A DNA stretch of 63,624 nt, filler included, from Chiloscyllium plagiosum (Eukaryota), in assembly GCF_004010195.1 (NCBI RefSeq). It is 3 parts of one record of this genome, joined end to end, with 100 filler letters (N's around TTAATTAATTAA, not from the genome) between each part and the next. Parts side by side here need not be neighbours in the genome. Positions count along the whole stretch, not along the records: positions 1 to 30,909 come from NC_057714.1; 2 more parts are not named here. The stretch is one strand, 5' to 3'. The notes below the pieces were generated by a model, which saw nothing but the letters and a program-made list of their open reading frames with translations, ran no database searches and had not been told where the DNA came from. Below, one piece after another: positions 1 to 14,496 of this stretch (the stretch's first letter is position 1; every line of letters begins with the position of its first letter). The position numbers and the translations under genes were made by a program.

Positions 1-280
1 ACGTTCCCCTGAGAATCCATCACCCCCTACATTTTCCAAAACAGCATACCTGTTTGAAATGGGTATATCCACAAAAGACTCCTGCCCTAGGTGCCAACCT
101 CTCTCACCCTTCCTGGAGTTAACCCATCTATGTGACTGTATCTGAGACTTTCCCCCCTTCATATGCCATCCGTCATATACTGTTGCTGTTGCAAATTCCT
201 CATCGCTTCTATCTGTCTCTCCAACCGATCCACTCGATCTGATAAGATTCGTATCCAACAGCATTTATGGCAGATATTAA
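1..280 (-). mobile_element. CR1-type LINE ORF1 fragment
   Basis: Minus-strand translation ICHKCCWIRILSDRVDRLERQIEAMRNLQQQQ...ISNRYAVLENVGGDGFSGER: a CxxC motif, a coiled coil and the NR(F/Y)xxL motif typical of CR1 ORF1. Confidence 0.6.
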
Positions 281-1444
281 CATCTTATTGTTGGAAAAAT
301 GTGAAGTATAAATATTCCAGTTAGAAACCTCAGTGGGATCCTATTTATGGCTACCAATTCTTTAAATGTGCTTTTAGAAAGTGGTTGATGCAGAAACCCT
401 CAACTCATTTAAGAGAACCTTGGATCTGCATCAGAAGCCTTGTAGGTTGCAAAGCTAGAGGCTGTTTTTGGTAAGTGGGGCTAGAAGGGGTGGGTAGCTT
501 ATTCACTTGGTGCAGACACAATGGACTGAATGCCTCTTTCAGTGCTGTACCATTTCTGTGATCTTGTATGGTTCTAGATAATTATTATTATTTGTGCTGT
601 TCATTTTTGAGAAAGTAAGTGCAGAGAGCGTCCAATCTTTACAGTTCTGTTCCATACATTTTAACTCCAGTTTTTATATTGATAACCCAATTTTGTGTTC
701 TTTATCAGTGATACATACTTTTCCACATTTTGTAACAAAGTTTTAATGCAACAAAAACCATATGATTTTATCTCACCTGAAAGTATTGAGGCTCAAAAAG
801 TGCTGGGAGATAAGGGGAGATTTTTAACAAAGAACTTTTTTTTCTTTTATCAACTGTGTTAATTGAAATAATTTCATTTTATCAGTGTTTTCACTATTGA
901 CCTGTTAATCTAATTTTTCTCAGGGAAATAATGGAATGGATACACTGAGTTGATATCAGCCAAAGGAAATCCCTTTGGATCCTATCAACTTCCCAGAATT
1001 GATGGCTATTATGAACTTCATCTGTTTTTAAACTAGATTGTAAACTTATGTTTTTTTTTTCTGTCTTTCATTTATGCCGAATTGTGTTCTGACTAGTTGG
1101 AGAACATTATCAAGAGTTCCACAAACTGAGAAAAATAAAAGGGTGATGGCTCAATATCAGGCTTAAAGGTGAATGAAATTATTGGCGACTGTAATAGAAA
1201 CCCAACCAACTTTAAGGAAATCTTCTTAGCTATATCACCATAGTGTGTCTGAACCCATAAAAATCCTTAATGTCCAACCATGTCAACAATGAAAAAGAAT
1301 GCAGATCAAGTCCTTAATAGTTCTTCTTTATGCCTGTTCTACTTTGTGATTCCCTGATCTCAACAGCGTTGAGTGAACAGAGAGTCAGCCTCAAATAAAT
1401 ACAAGTTTTCAACAGTTAATTTAAAAGAATGCTCACAAATTCAT

Positions 1445-1757
1445 GGAGGCACAGTGGCTCAGTGGCTAGCACTGCTGCCTCACGCCACCAGGGTCCCAGG
1501 TTCAATTCCAGCCTTAGGTGACTGTCTATGTGGAATTTGCACGTTTTACCCGTGTCTGTGTGGGATTTCTCTGGGTGCTTTGGTTTCTTCCCACAGTCAC
1601 AAAGATGTGCAGGTCAGGTGAATTGGCCATGCTAAATTGCCCATAGTGTTAGGTGTATAAGTCAGAGGGAAATGGGTCTGGGTGGGTTACTCTTCGGAGG
1701 ATTGATGTGGACTGGTTGGGCCGAAGGGCCTGTTTCCACACTGTAGGGAAACTAATC
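1445..1757 (+). mobile_element. HE1-like tRNA-derived V-SINE
   Basis: Pol III A box (tggctcagtggctag) and B box (ggttcaattcc), V-domain body, and a 3' end gggccgaagggcctgtttccacactgta shared with the CR1 tails. Confidence 0.85.
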
Positions 1758-2689
1758 AAAGACAGTAATCTCTGAATTTTGTTTTGCAGTTCAAGGACAC
1801 TTAGTCCTGAGGATGTTCCTTGAGGTGTTCAAATAATACACTTCCACTTCAACATGCATAGAAAGAGTGAAGCAAGTTTAATTTTAAAAATATCTTGTAT
1901 GAATGATTCATTGGAAAACTGACATGCAAAGTGAACACATGTAAATGTTTCTACATAAAACCAATTCTGAATATTTGTAGATTTCCTTTTCCTTTTTTGG
2001 TTGGTTTGGATATTTTGCTTATTTATCTTTCTTTGATCCTCTTGCTAATCAATAGAACTATCTGCAAAGCTGAATAATAATAGCAGTCCCTCACAAACCA
2101 GTCTATATTCGCTTAAGAGGTTTCAAATCAAAGCTCATTCACACTTTACTTTAAAAAGAAAATGTAATTATCATGTTTGTGTACAGTGTGCCATAAAACT
2201 AACAACGTTAGTGAAAGTGGGAGGGAGAATGCCACGATGTACAATTATGTTGTTGTCAAATCAGAAAATCCCTTTGGTGATTTGCTATTCCAATGTTCAA
2301 ATTTTAATCCACTTTTGTTTCAACTAATTGACAATAACACAGTATGTAAAAGCATCAGGTCTATATAGTCTATTAGGACAAGTTTGCACTATAAGTATGA
2401 CATATAAAATAGAATTAATTATTTAATGCTTTCTGTCTTAAGGACCTAACTTCAAAAGTAATGGATCAGCACTCGAACAGTGAATACTATTTCATTTTCA
2501 CTGTGGAAACTTCTCTTACTACATTCCACAATGGAAATGAGCTTTAAAGCAAAATATTTGCTTACAAGTAAAAGAAATAATTTAATTGCTATCCACACCA
2601 TGGACATATCTTGAAGCACATCACACTGTGAACCAATGTTTATAGAATCCAATTTTAGCCTCCTGCTGTTTGATAAACATGCTGAACTG

Positions 2690-3005
2690 TAATACCCCAC
2701 AAGAAGCAATGGGATAAATAACCAGTTAGCCAGATTTTTTTTGGCAGTGCTAGTTAAGACTGTAATATTGATCATGATATTAAGAAAACCCACTGCTCTT
2801 CCTCAAATAATATTGTGAGGTTTTTATTGTCCACCCACTAGAGTAGGCAGTCCAAATCTTGCATTAACAATCTTCTTTGAAGGGCCACACCTCCAACAGT
2901 GTAGCAATCCCTATGATTGTGGAATTCTCATGCTTGGAACTGCCATGGGGTTTGAACTCCTAGACCTTTCCCCAAATGAGAACTTTACCAACTGAATCAA
3001 GCTGA
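2690..3005 (-). mobile_element. Old Deu-domain-type SINE relic; related copies near 4890-4990 (+) and 6050-6210 (-)
   Basis: Degenerate matches between copies (acacctccaacagtgtagcaatccct vs acatctccaatagtgaagcacaccct) and a reversed tRNA-like head. Family name is by resemblance only. Confidence 0.4.
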
Positions 3006-3250
3006 ATTAATTCAGCACCAAAATCAATCCAATCACTATTCAGTGAAAAAAAATAAAAACCAGTTCTTTCCTTCTTCCTGCTAGTTTTTAGTTCCAACAT
3101 TCTTCTCAGTAGATTCTTCATGACTTTGGAGTTAAGGAGAGGAAATTGTCCTGGGTCTGCAGGGGAGAGCAGCAAGTAATGAAAAATTCAAACAGATGAG
3201 AATAAACACTCACCTTTCCTTCAGATAATTTATATGAAAGGAAAGAGTTG

Positions 3251-3800
3251 TAGAGTCATAGTTGTACAGCACGGAAACAGACACTTCGGTCCAACCCGTC
3301 CATGCCAACCAGATATCCCAACCCAATCTCGTCCCACCTGCCAGCACCTGACCCATAACCCTCCAAACCCTTCCTATTCATTTACCCATCCAGATGCCTT
3401 CTAAATATTGCATTTGTACTAACTTCCACCACTTCCTCTGGCAGCCCATTCCATATGCGCATCACCCTCGATGTGAAAAAGGTGTCCTTTAAGCCTCTTT
3501 TATATCTTTCCCCTCTCACCCTAAACCTATGCCCTCTAGTTCTGGACTCTCCACCCCAGGGAACAGACTGTGTCTATCCATGCCCCTCATAATTTTATAA
3601 ACCTCTATAAGGTCATCCCTCAGCCGCCAAAGCTCCAGGGAAAACAGCCCTAGCCTATTAAGCCTCTCCCTATAGCTCAAATCCTCCAACCCTGGCAACA
3701 TCCTTGTAAATCTTTTCTGAATCCTTTCAAGTTTCACAACATCTTTCCGATAGGAAGGAGACCAGAATTGCACACAATATTTCACAAGTGACCAAATGTT
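3251..3800 (-). mobile_element. CR1/HER1-type LINE, 3' fragment
   Basis: ORF 3516-3863 contains YCVQFWSPSYRKDVVKLERIQKRFTRMLPGLEDLSYRERLNRLGLFSLE (CR1 ORF2 C-terminus). (ctatgact)-type tail at about 3251. Confidence 0.9.
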
Positions 3801-5865
3801 GGAGGAATGATCTTGGACCTGTCCAATCTTTTGATATTTACCTGAGTGCAGATCCAGAAACATCTCTCTCTATAATACCATTGTTTGTGCATTTTTCTTT
3901 TAAATACTGTATCATCTTCCTGATATCCAGAATCATCTCTCCCACATTATAGAAATTCATCTGGTTTATGAATGTTATTTAATGGAACATCTGCAAAAAT
4001 TGCAGTAAAATTGACAATCATAAAGGATGACATCAAAGATGGTAATTGAGCCAGGTTCTGCTAATAGTTCTCAGAAAATTTCATTCAGACATCTATCAAA
4101 TCTTCATAATATTTATCGAGCAATAGTCTTATCGAAAACTTACAGTAAAGTTATTGGATCCTGGATGTGCTGGTAGTTCTGGCACCATGAAAGTCATTTG
4201 AGACAAAGATTGACAGAGATCCACCTCCAACTACATCCAATGTAACTCTTGCCAATTGTTTTATTCTGGAGAGTAATAGTGTGGGCATCCTGTGTGTCCA
4301 GCAGAATTAAGCAGAGCAATTTGTCGGAGTCTAGTGTAGTTTTGGCACCTAATCTGCCAGTTTGGGTGTCAGTGCTTGTGTTAATGCTGCTTTTAAACAT
4401 GCACAGCTAAACAAGGCCATCAAAGTAATTGCAGCCTTCAATTTTTCCACTCAGTCCATCTTTTCTGGATGGGGCAACCCAATTTAGGCAAATTAACACA
4501 GCTCCCTATCTCTGCATCTGAATGCAGCATTGTCCCTGAACACCAACAGCGAGGATAGTTAATAACACCATTCTGAAACCAACCATATACCGAGCACTTG
4601 TACAAGGAAAGCTATGCTGGAGGAGCAAGGTGAGAGGCAGCAGAAGCATTCACTGTCTCAGATATCAGTATCACCCAGATTACCATCGGTCAACACGTCC
4701 TTATCTTCCATTATGGACCATTGCAGCACCATCTTGGCCACAATTCTGACATTCTATCACAAGTTGATATGACAACATTTCTCATGTTTCATACAAGAGT
4801 TGACATTTTATAGCCTCTTGTGCACTGGGATGGAGGAGCAGGGGTTATCAAATTGAAAGTCAAGCCAGCAGCACCATTCCGAGCACATACCCAACCACAC
4901 TGCAGTGGTGGTGTTGCCATTACTCAGTCTGCTGTCTTTTGGATGAGACGAGGGCCACTCAATGGCCTTCTCCAATTGCTTTTGGGATTTTACCCAAAGT
5001 GAAGGAGCTTGGCAGAAGTGACCAACCTATTAGGTGAAACCTTGAAGAAGGGTGCCTCCTTTTTTGGGTTCCCTCAGTCAACTGAAGCCCTCACCCCCAC
5101 CCCCCTCCCACCCCCGCGCCACTTCCCCAGCACTCCTTCCCCACCCCCACTCAATCAAATTACCAGCATCCATGTTTCCCCTTACCCATCTGCCATCCAT
5201 GTCAACTTTCTCTCCAGCCTCTTGGCAGCGATTGCAGTATTCAAACTTACCCATGACAGGCTCCACCACTGAGAATGTTTCTCAGGAAGTGACTGCAATT
5301 CCACCAGCGGCCATGTCTCCTGGTGGCTGCAATACCAAAGACGTACCTCGTAGTGGTGGAACTTCCGCCTAATGGTGACTGAAGTCCTACTTCAAGTCAG
5401 TTAGCAGACTGATGATAGATGCTATGATGTGAGCTGGTCAAACAAAGGCAGGCTTGCCTCCAACTTCCACAGTTGGGGTCACACACACAGACCAATGCAT
5501 AAATTTCAGCCCTTGATGTTTAGTCCATTAAACATAACTTAATGGCTGGCTACTGCTGCTGTCTGTGACTGAAACAATGTGCAAATGTACATTTATTCAA
5601 TATTTGTATAATTTTGTTTACATTCTTATATTATTGCTCAAATAGACTATGCTGTAACATGTTAGGAATTAGTCATTGTATTTGCAGCTTGTAAACCCTA
5701 GATTCCAGAAAAACATTTCTTGGCAAATTGTGTATAGGGATTGTACCTATCATGACCCATTATATAATGCACTAGAAAATATAACTACTGGTATTCCAAA
5801 CTTGTAATGGGTTGTTGCTAATATTCCTAATCAGTTCAAAATCAATCAGGGCATCCTCCATAACT

Positions 5866-5980
5866 GGGAGAAATTGAGGACTGCGGATGCTGGAGATCAG
5901 AGTCGAGAGTGTGGTGCTGGAAAAGCACAGCAGGTCAGGTAGCATCCTACTGTGCTTTTCCAGCACCAAACTCTTGACTT
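5866..5980. mobile_element. Penelope-type terminal repeat, short fold-back insertion
   Basis: ggagaaattgaggactgcggatgctggagatcagag...gctggaaaagcacagcagg is followed by the inverted ctgtgcttttccagcacc. Decayed TSD tcctccataactg / tccaccatagctg. Confidence 0.7.
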
Positions 5981-8900
5981 CCACCATAGCTGCACAATTT
6001 GATCTTCTTGAGATACTTTGCAGCGAGTATTTGACATTAGCAGAATTATGTTTAACATCTTAATCAAAAGACATCTCCAATAGTGAAGCACACCCTCAGT
6101 ATTACACAGGAATGTCAGCCTTGAATTTTGTGCTCAAATTCTGGACTAGGCCCCAAACTCAGAAATGTCTGATTAAGGGACAACAGTGGCACCAACTAAG
6201 CCACAGGCAACACAATGCAGTTGACATTAATGGAGCACTGAGAGAATTTCCTCTTCACGGATAATAAGAAAACAACCTAGGACTGATTCAATAATGTGGA
6301 AAGCACTGATTTATTTCCATTCTGTGTTACTGTTTACCAATATCACAAAAAATGTGGCTTGCTCAGTCAGCTGAAGGCATTTTAAAACTGGATTCACCTT
6401 AACAGACTGACATGATGCCCAAATGCTAATCTCAGAATCACAGCATTTTCAGGTGCAGAAAGAGGCCATTCAGCCCACTGTGCCTCTACCATCTCATTAA
6501 AGGAGCATTATTACCACTTGTCAATGTACTGCTTTCCCTCCATACCCTGCTCATTATTTTCATTGAAATAATCATCCAATGTCCCTTGGATGCCCCAATT
6601 CTATTTGCCTCCAATATAATTCCAGTTTATGCATTCCATACCTTAAAATCTCACCATCTGCTATAGTGGGGCTTGTATCCATTACCCCAGAACATTAATT
6701 TGTGGTATTCAAAATTCTGAGCCTTTTTAGCCTGAGAATACTGCATTTTCCCTCAGTTGATAAATTCTATACCACTATTACCTACTACATCCAAGTTTAA
6801 ACAAGTGCCAGCAGCTGCTCAGGATCTTTGAAATCATATGGTGGGTGCTGATAGCTTGCTTAACGATGGAGCAGTATCACAGTTCAGGACTGATCCTGGT
6901 CACATCCAAAGCTACATGCATGTTCCCACGGCAGTCACTGAAAAGTTGGTCAGTAAAAAAAGAAGACTGGTTGATTCATAGCTCAGTAACAGAGGTCCTG
7001 CTGAGATGAGCTAACTAAGAAAGGGCAGGGATCAAATCTGGTTACTTATTAGCACAGCTTGAGAAATTCATTCATGCGGCACTTTGCGTTGCTATTCTGT
7101 TGATGATATATCTTGACTGAAGTTGGGGATTCCCAGAATAAGTACGCATTAATTAGGTAGTAATCTACCAAAGAGTTATGGTTTGGCAGAGGGTAAACCA
7201 TGATTATTTACTGCTGATGTTTTGTGGAAAGAAAAATGACACAATTCTAGTTTACTCAGCGACATTTTTATGGAACAGCACAGAACAGATGGAAGCTATT
7301 TGGCTCACAGCATTCTAGTCAGCTTTTGATAGAGGTAAACAATTAATCCTACACCAACTTGAAAGGAGTGGTCAAGGTGAGGGCTAAGAGACAGGCAGTC
7401 AGCATCACTGAGAGGAGCGGGTGGGGTGAGGACCCAGAGACAGGCAGTCAACATTACTGAGAACAGCATGGAATGAGCAAAATGAACCTAGGGGTGAACA
7501 ATGGTAGTGGACCTTTCCAAAAAAATGCCTCAGGTTTGAGGCCCAGATTAAAGTCAATTGCAGCAGCAGCTCAACCGAGCCGGAACCCAGGCAGTGCTTG
7601 AAATGGCCTGGTGCAACTAAGCTAATTGGTATGTTTTGGGTAATTTTTTTCTTCACTTTGAAGCAGTATTAAGGAGGGGTGGCAGCTTTGACTTCTTTTA
7701 AAAAGGAAGCTTAAATAATTTTTTACTTGTCTTAAAGTTCGTGTGAGGGTATGAAGAAGAGGCACATTAGACGCAAACCATTAACTCTGCTTCTCTCTCC
7801 ACAGATGCTGCCAGACCTGCTGAGTTTCTTCAGCACTTTCTGTTTATTTTTCAAAGCTGCAGCATCCCCACTACATTGTTTTTGTTTGAGGTGGACCTTG
7901 AGGAGAGCTTGAAAGAAAAATGATAACATCTCATATTGAGGAACCTGCAAATGATTTGTCAGGGGAGGGAGCTGACTGGTACTGGCTACCTATTGGCAGC
8001 AGTGGGTAACTACTTAGTAGCAATTAAGTAACTAACTGTGACAAATTGATTAAGTTTTCAGGATCTTCTTGATGGTAAATAATACCCTCCATAGAAGTCA
8101 AAGGTCGATAAACGCCTGATGGCAGGCAATACTTCCTGGTGGCAGACAAGTGTACCCATGATTTCTTCTTTAAACCTCACCCATATTAAATAATCTCGAA
8201 ACCTGAGAATTGTCTTAGTCCAAAAGGGTCTGCCCTGGGATTACCCAGGGCAAAAAAAGGATCCTGGAATACCCATATGGCACAAGTGCAGGCAACAACT
8301 GCACTGTCATTTTGTTTGTAATGTTTTCTATATAGTTAGCTTGTTTAATATTTTTAGTTTAGTATTGCCTTCCTCCCATTTATGTTTTCTTTATGCATGT
8401 CAGATTTTTATAATGAAATTTGGATCCCTGTGAAGTTGATATCCTCTACTGAATGAAATTGAACTTGATCTACTTTGATCTAAGTAATTATTTTAACTAT
8501 TTGTGGATTTACAATTTTACAAGGGGTATGGGGAAAAAGTACTGAGATAAAAGATGAGCCAAGATCATATTGAATGGTGGAACAGCTCAATGGGACAAAT
8601 GACCTACTCCTGCTTCTTGATGCTATGGTTCTATGTTTCAATCTAGTCACTCCTTGCTATAACTTACTTAGCCAATCCTTTCCTTTCTGGTCTACATAGA
8701 ATTCCCATGCACCAAATTGCTACTTTTACAAAATTCCCATTGTTTAATTCTGCTTAACAGGTTCACAATGCTTAACACTGTGCTTTTTCCAATAGCTCTC
8801 TAATACATGCTCTTTAGAAACACACTAGATAGAACTGGTCAGCTGGTTTGCATGCACAGTAATTAACAACCAGACCTTGATTTTTACAATGGCAGGGGAG

Positions 8901-9807
8901 GCCAAAGCCTGGAACTCCTGCCCCAAACACAGTTCCCACCAGGGCAAGGGGTGGGGACAGATCACAATATGCATGTTGTATTTCACGGAGGCAGCTGCTC
9001 ATAGCAATCACACTTATGTCTGGTTTTGGTGACGTAGGTGTGTGAAACATGAGGTGCACAGTTGAGACTTTGTATGAGTACATCTAAACTTTGTGGATCT
9101 GTTTGGATAGCCAGGGTGACGTTTTGGAGTGGTTCATGGACCCCTTTGGTACTGGCCCGAAAATTGCATTAACTGCCACAGAAATAGCAAGTATGCTATC
9201 ATCGCTAAGTATATTTAACCCAACAGAGTTGGAGGCTGAATTTCATAGGGCAGTTTCTCTTGCCCCTTCTACTTTATGCAGTTTGGTGTCAGGATGAACA
9301 TGGCTGAGAAGGACACATTGCACTTTGTGCCAAGGAAGATACAAGCTGGTCACTTAGAAGCCAATCTACATTGTAAATGTACCAGAATATATTTCAAATA
9401 TATCATATGAAATGTAACATTTTCAAGTTATGAAGCTAGTGTAGAGGTTCTGCTTTACTTATAGACATTCATCAGAAATAGGTCTTTGGTTAAGTATTAC
9501 CTCTCTTGCTCCTGTGCCAGACATTTCCAATTTCTGTTTCAAATGTATTTCAATTTTGAATTTGGATATCTATTTATGAGAGGGCTCTTTTTAATAGTTC
9601 TCAAATGATTTCACTCCATTGTTTTAGGTTTCTCAGGTAACAGTAAATAATGAATGTCACAAGTCACTGGGAATGTATCTTTTAGTGTATGTTTGATCAC
9701 AAATTTCTGCTATCGCTTCTAATTCAGTTTTTCCAAGGCTTTATGGATGTTCAGGTGTTACTTCATCTATGTCTGGAGCTTTTCCTGTGCTCATCAGTTT
9801 CAAAACG

Positions 9808-10944
9808 TAGAGTCATAGAGTCATAGAGATGTACAGCACAGAAACAGACCCTTCAGTCCAACCCATCCATGCCAATCTGGTTCCATCTGCCAGCACCCGG
9901 CCCATATCTGTCCAAATCCTTCCTATTCATATACCCACCCAGATGCCTTTTAAACGTTGCAATTGCACTCGCCTCCAGCACTTCCTCTGGCAGCTCATTC
10001 CATACACGTACCACTCTCTGTGTGAAAAAGTTGCCCCTTAGGTCTCTTTTATATCTTTCCCCTCTCACCCTAAACCTATGTCCTCTACTTCTGGACTACC
10101 CAACCCCAGGGAAAAGACTTTGTCTATTTATCCTATCCATGCCCCTCATAATTTTATAATGCTCTATAAGATCACCCCTCAGCCTCTGATGCTCCAGGAA
10201 AAACAGCCCTAGCCTGTTCAGCCTCTCCCTGTAGCTCAAATCCTCCAACCCAGGCAACATCCTTGTAAATCTTTTCTGAACCCTTTCAAGTTTCACAACA
10301 TCTTTCTGATAGGAAGGAGACCAGAATTGCATGTAATATTCCAACAGTGGCCTAACCAATGTCTTGTTCAGCTGCAACATGACCTCCCAACTCCTGTACT
10401 CAATACTCTGATCAATAAAGGAAAGCATACAAAATGCCTTCTTCACTATCCTATCTACCTGCGACTCCACTTTCAAGGAGCTATGAACCTGCACTCTAAG
10501 GTCTCTTTGTTCAGCAACACTCCCTAGGACCTTACCATTAAGTATGTAAGTCCTGCTAACATTTGCTTTCCCAAAATGCAGCACTTTGCATTTATCCGAA
10601 TTAAACTCCATCAGCCACTCCTCAGCCCATTGGCCCATCTGAACAAGATCCTGTTGTAATCTGAGGTAACCCTCTTCGCTGTCCACTACACCTCCAACTT
10701 TGGTGTCATCTGCAAACTTACTAACTATATATACCTCTTATGCTCACATCCAAATCATTTATACAAATGACGAAAAGTAGTGGACCCAGCACCAGTCCTT
10801 TTGGCACTCCACTGGTCACAGGTCTGAAAAACAACCCTCCACCACCACCCTCTGTCTTCTATCTTTGAGCCAGTTCTGTATCCAAATGGCTAGTTCTCCC
10901 TGTATTCTGTGAAATCTAACCTTGCTAACCAGTCTCCAATGGGG
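9808..10944 (-). mobile_element. CR1/HER1-type LINE, 5'-truncated
   Basis: RT FADDTK motif (rc of ttggtgtcatctgcaaa at about 10700), ORF 10096-10686, and a (ctatgact)n tail at 9808-9828. Confidence 0.93.
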
Positions 10945-11769
10945 TTCTTTGCCTTTGATATAATATGTCAGCAATTGTTTCCCTCCATCTATAATTTACT
11001 TATCTTCAGTCAATGTTTTTCTACAGCATCGTTTTTAATCAATATTTTGAGATCTTTAACATTTATGCACCCACTTTCTCTTGTTATCCCTTTCATTTCA
11101 TCTGTCAAAGATTTTTGATACATAAGTCTCACTCTGTGATTTATTTCCAGCTCCAATACTTCAACACAAATCTCATTATGCTAGTTCCCTTTAGCCTCCC
11201 TAAACGCATGCTTTGTTTTTATTTCAGTTACATCATACTCAGGTGTACTTCTTTTCTTCTTTTCATCATCATTGTTAGTAGACCAGCTGTCATCCACTCT
11301 TTTTCCTTTTGTTGTAGTAATATTTTCTTTGCAGCACATTATATACCAACATTAATGTTTTTCCATTTGCTTTCTATTCCTTAATTTCTGACTTCTCCTA
11401 TTTCTGATTCCTTAATCCTGAGACATTCAAATTTGTTTATTTTTAAGAGTGTTTACCTCTCTGATGCTCCCATTTTCCAATATGTCACATTCGAAATGCT
11501 TGGACATCTTTTGCTTTTGATTGATATTTTCAGTTTCAACTTAAGTTTTGCCATAGTGGGCAATGTCTTGATTGGATATCTATGCTAACTAATACAACCA
11601 AATCTTTTCCACCTCTGAGGTTGGCTATAACAGGGTAACTTATTGAAGGAATTTTAAATTCACCAAAGCTAATTGAAGAAATAAGACAGACAGATCTTGA
11701 GTTAACACACATTACTTTGTTAACAAACATCAATTATTCATTTTATTTTAAAGTTCATTCATAAATCAT

Positions 11770-11791
11770 CACACACACACACACACACACA
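11770..11791. repeat. (CA)11 microsatellite
   Basis: Read directly. Confidence 0.9.
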
Positions 11792-12639
11792 TTTTGAAGT
11801 TTCCATGCTGTTGTGGCTCATGTAAACTGGTTGTTCCTCTAGAGACAGTGCTTTTTAAACATCAATGCATCTTTTTTTCCCAGAATACGTACTATGGCGT
11901 TTGAAGTTTCTCTTTTAATTTTAGAATTCTTCATCTCTGCGCTATATTCTAACTTGTAAAAGAAATAAGGTCCCTGATTTATGGGAAAAACATTCAGGAG
12001 AGAACTCCTCTTACTTTTACAACCATATTAATGATGGTTTCTCTAAAGCTATCAAGATGTTATTGGAACCAGTATGGGAGCCATTAGCACCCCTTTTCTG
12101 CATATTAGATTTTGGTAGATTTCCTTTGTCCCTGGCACTTCCTGTCACCTAAGTGTATTTTGCTTTTTGTTCTAAGTATTCTTTTTCCCTGCAAGCCCAA
12201 AAAGTGGAAAGTGGGAAAATGTGCAGGATATTGCCCAGGCATGTTCCTTGCTAATTCGATTTTGGAAGTTTTGAGAAGCCTGGCCATTGTAAAACACAGT
12301 GATTATTCAAAGTTTCCCTTGAAATGAAGTGACACCTAAATGGGAGTAAAGGTTAAGAGTCCACATCTTAGAATTTTCTGACACTGGATATACATACTTT
12401 TAATATTAATAGTGTTTTTGAAACATTATTTCAGCATCCCATAATTGATTTGATTTCTATGGTTGCGGCCTGACTTTTTCCACATGTACTATCACTTTTT
12501 GATTGCTTAAAGGTGTTTGCCACCATAGAATCATTTTCTTGAGAAAATCATATCAATTTCTCTCCACTTTCATTTCTCAAAGTAAGGCTGTATTGACTGA
12601 TACTAATTTTTGATTTCCTTCACCAATTTTAAAGAACTT

Positions 12640-13670
12640 CAGGTTAGTCGAGGGCTAACCAGGTAGGTTTTAAGTCAAGAGAGGAGTGCGACAAGGCTGT
12701 GTACCTTTGTTAGGATCATGCAGTCTCTACAGAGAACAAATATTCTGAGAATTAGATGTACTTCCATTAGTTCCATGTGTAAAAATTAGAAGCAAGAACA
12801 CAACAAACTTGCAGTATGCTGACAATGCAGCACTATTTGCAGAATCAAACATCCTATGAAACATTGTAAATCAAGTAAGGTCTCAAAGTTTAGAATGTGC
12901 ATTGAGTATGAATAGGAGAAAGTAAGGATTGCTAGATGCTGGAGATCAGAGCTGAAAATGTGTTGCTGGAAAAGTGCAGCAGGTCAGGCAGCATCCAAGG
13001 AGCAGGAGAATCGACGTTTCGGACATGAGCCCTTCTTCAGGAATCATTGAGTATGACTACTAAAGAACTGGAAATCATATGTTATAAGAAACTAGAACAA
13101 GTAAGTAAGTTTATTTATTTAGGACAAATGATCACATCAGATGTCAGATGTGATACAGAATTTAGAAGATTGATACATATGGCCAGAAGTGATTTATAGA
13201 TGATGAAGGATGTGTTAATAAGGCTTTTAACCCAAACTTGTAATAAATAAAAACCTCATAAGATGGTACATTCTCTCCAGTCTCCAGTAGGGCTCAGTAG
13301 CCTGTCAATAGGTAAAGATAACTGGAAGAAAATAGAGGCCTTTGAAATTAGGTGCTAAGATGTTTAGTAAAAGTTTCAAATACAACCATAAGACAAATGA
13401 AGAAGTATCTAAAATTGCATGAATAAAAAGAACTCTAGAAGTGATGACTATAAAAGAAAATGTCAGTATTTCAGCCACTTGATCACAGCTGAAAAGCTAC
13501 AAACATCTCTCTTAGGGAGCAAAAGGCAGCCAAAAGAAGGGTCAACCTAGGTATAGCTGGATGATGGATGTCACAGAATGGTTACAGATGTGAGGATTAC
13601 ATAAGGCTGACAAGCATGGCATATATTGACAGCAAAACTTCTGGCATGAGTAGATACAATCATCAACAAT
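12640..13670 (+). mobile_element. Decayed RTE-clade LINE (RT C-terminal half), interrupted by a Penelope-type terminus
   Basis: Fragments VKRGVRQGCV, NLQYADNAALFAES (YADD-like), ELEQVSKFIYLGQMITSD, KIEAFEIRC, QYFSHLI and GQPRYSWMMDV, with many stops and frameshifts. Confidence 0.75.
12912..13044 (-). mobile_element. Penelope-type terminal repeat (family A) with hammerhead-like motif
   Basis: 12-bp TSD cattgagtatga at 12900-12911 and 13045-13056. Minus strand of 13013-13040 reads CTGAAGA-A-GGGC-tcat-GTCC-GAAAC-GTC. Confidence 0.85.
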
Positions 13671-14496
13671 ATTCAAGTTAAAACGGAAAAGGTCAAGTTT
13701 CACAAAATGTTGCCATACATCAAAAGAAATTCCCTATTTACTTTACTTTTCCCATAGTGTTCACAAATAGGAAAGAATGTTGAGAAATTAAATATAAATA
13801 TGTTTATCTGGATATAGTTATTTAAACAAGCTGTCATTAGAACATTTTTACATCAGAATTATTGAATCACACAAAAACTAGCATTCTGACTATTGAGTTA
13901 TTCCTCAATCCATAATCCAAAGACTAGATATGCATTTGAAAGTTACAAATCAAGTTGTCAAAGTCTGATCCCATAGGGACAGCAGAAGTCTCAGCTTATG
14001 GCTATTTATTTGGCGACCTTTTTAAGTAACAGCTTATTCATCATTCTGTAAGACATAAATACGAAGCAACTTGTCGACTAAGGAAATAGAAGAAGCTTTT
14101 GACATTCTGCAACAGGTGTATTAATGCATCAATCTTTCATATTATACTGGTGTAGAAATAGTAGCTAATCCAAGACACTCTCCATTAAACCACACAACAA
14201 GAAAACTATACAAACATTATATGTGTGTCACCATTGTTTTTCTCTTTGATTCGTTTGTGGGTAGGAGAAATATCTGTAATTTGATTTTACATTTTATCTC
14301 AGCAATCAATGAAAATAATTAAGTATTGCAGATTTAAAATAATGTTGAGCAATGTTCATTTCAAAAATCTAAAAGTGTGTATCTAAATTATTTCATTGCT
14401 GTGTTAACTGAATGATGAATCCACAATTAGGATCATGTCTTTACAAAAGTGTCAGAGGTATTTTGAACAAGTACTTTAAGTCCATAAGCAATAGCA

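Noticed and set aside
1373..1621. ORFs over SINEs (also 16087-16353, 49097-49294, 54650-55110) as genes, or SINE heads as tRNA genes
   Set aside because: They are translations of HE1-like SINEs. The tRNA-like head continues into SINE body and is not a tRNA gene.
5009..5372. Proline-rich ORFs
   Set aside because: They arise from C-rich low-complexity sequence, with no splice or homology support.
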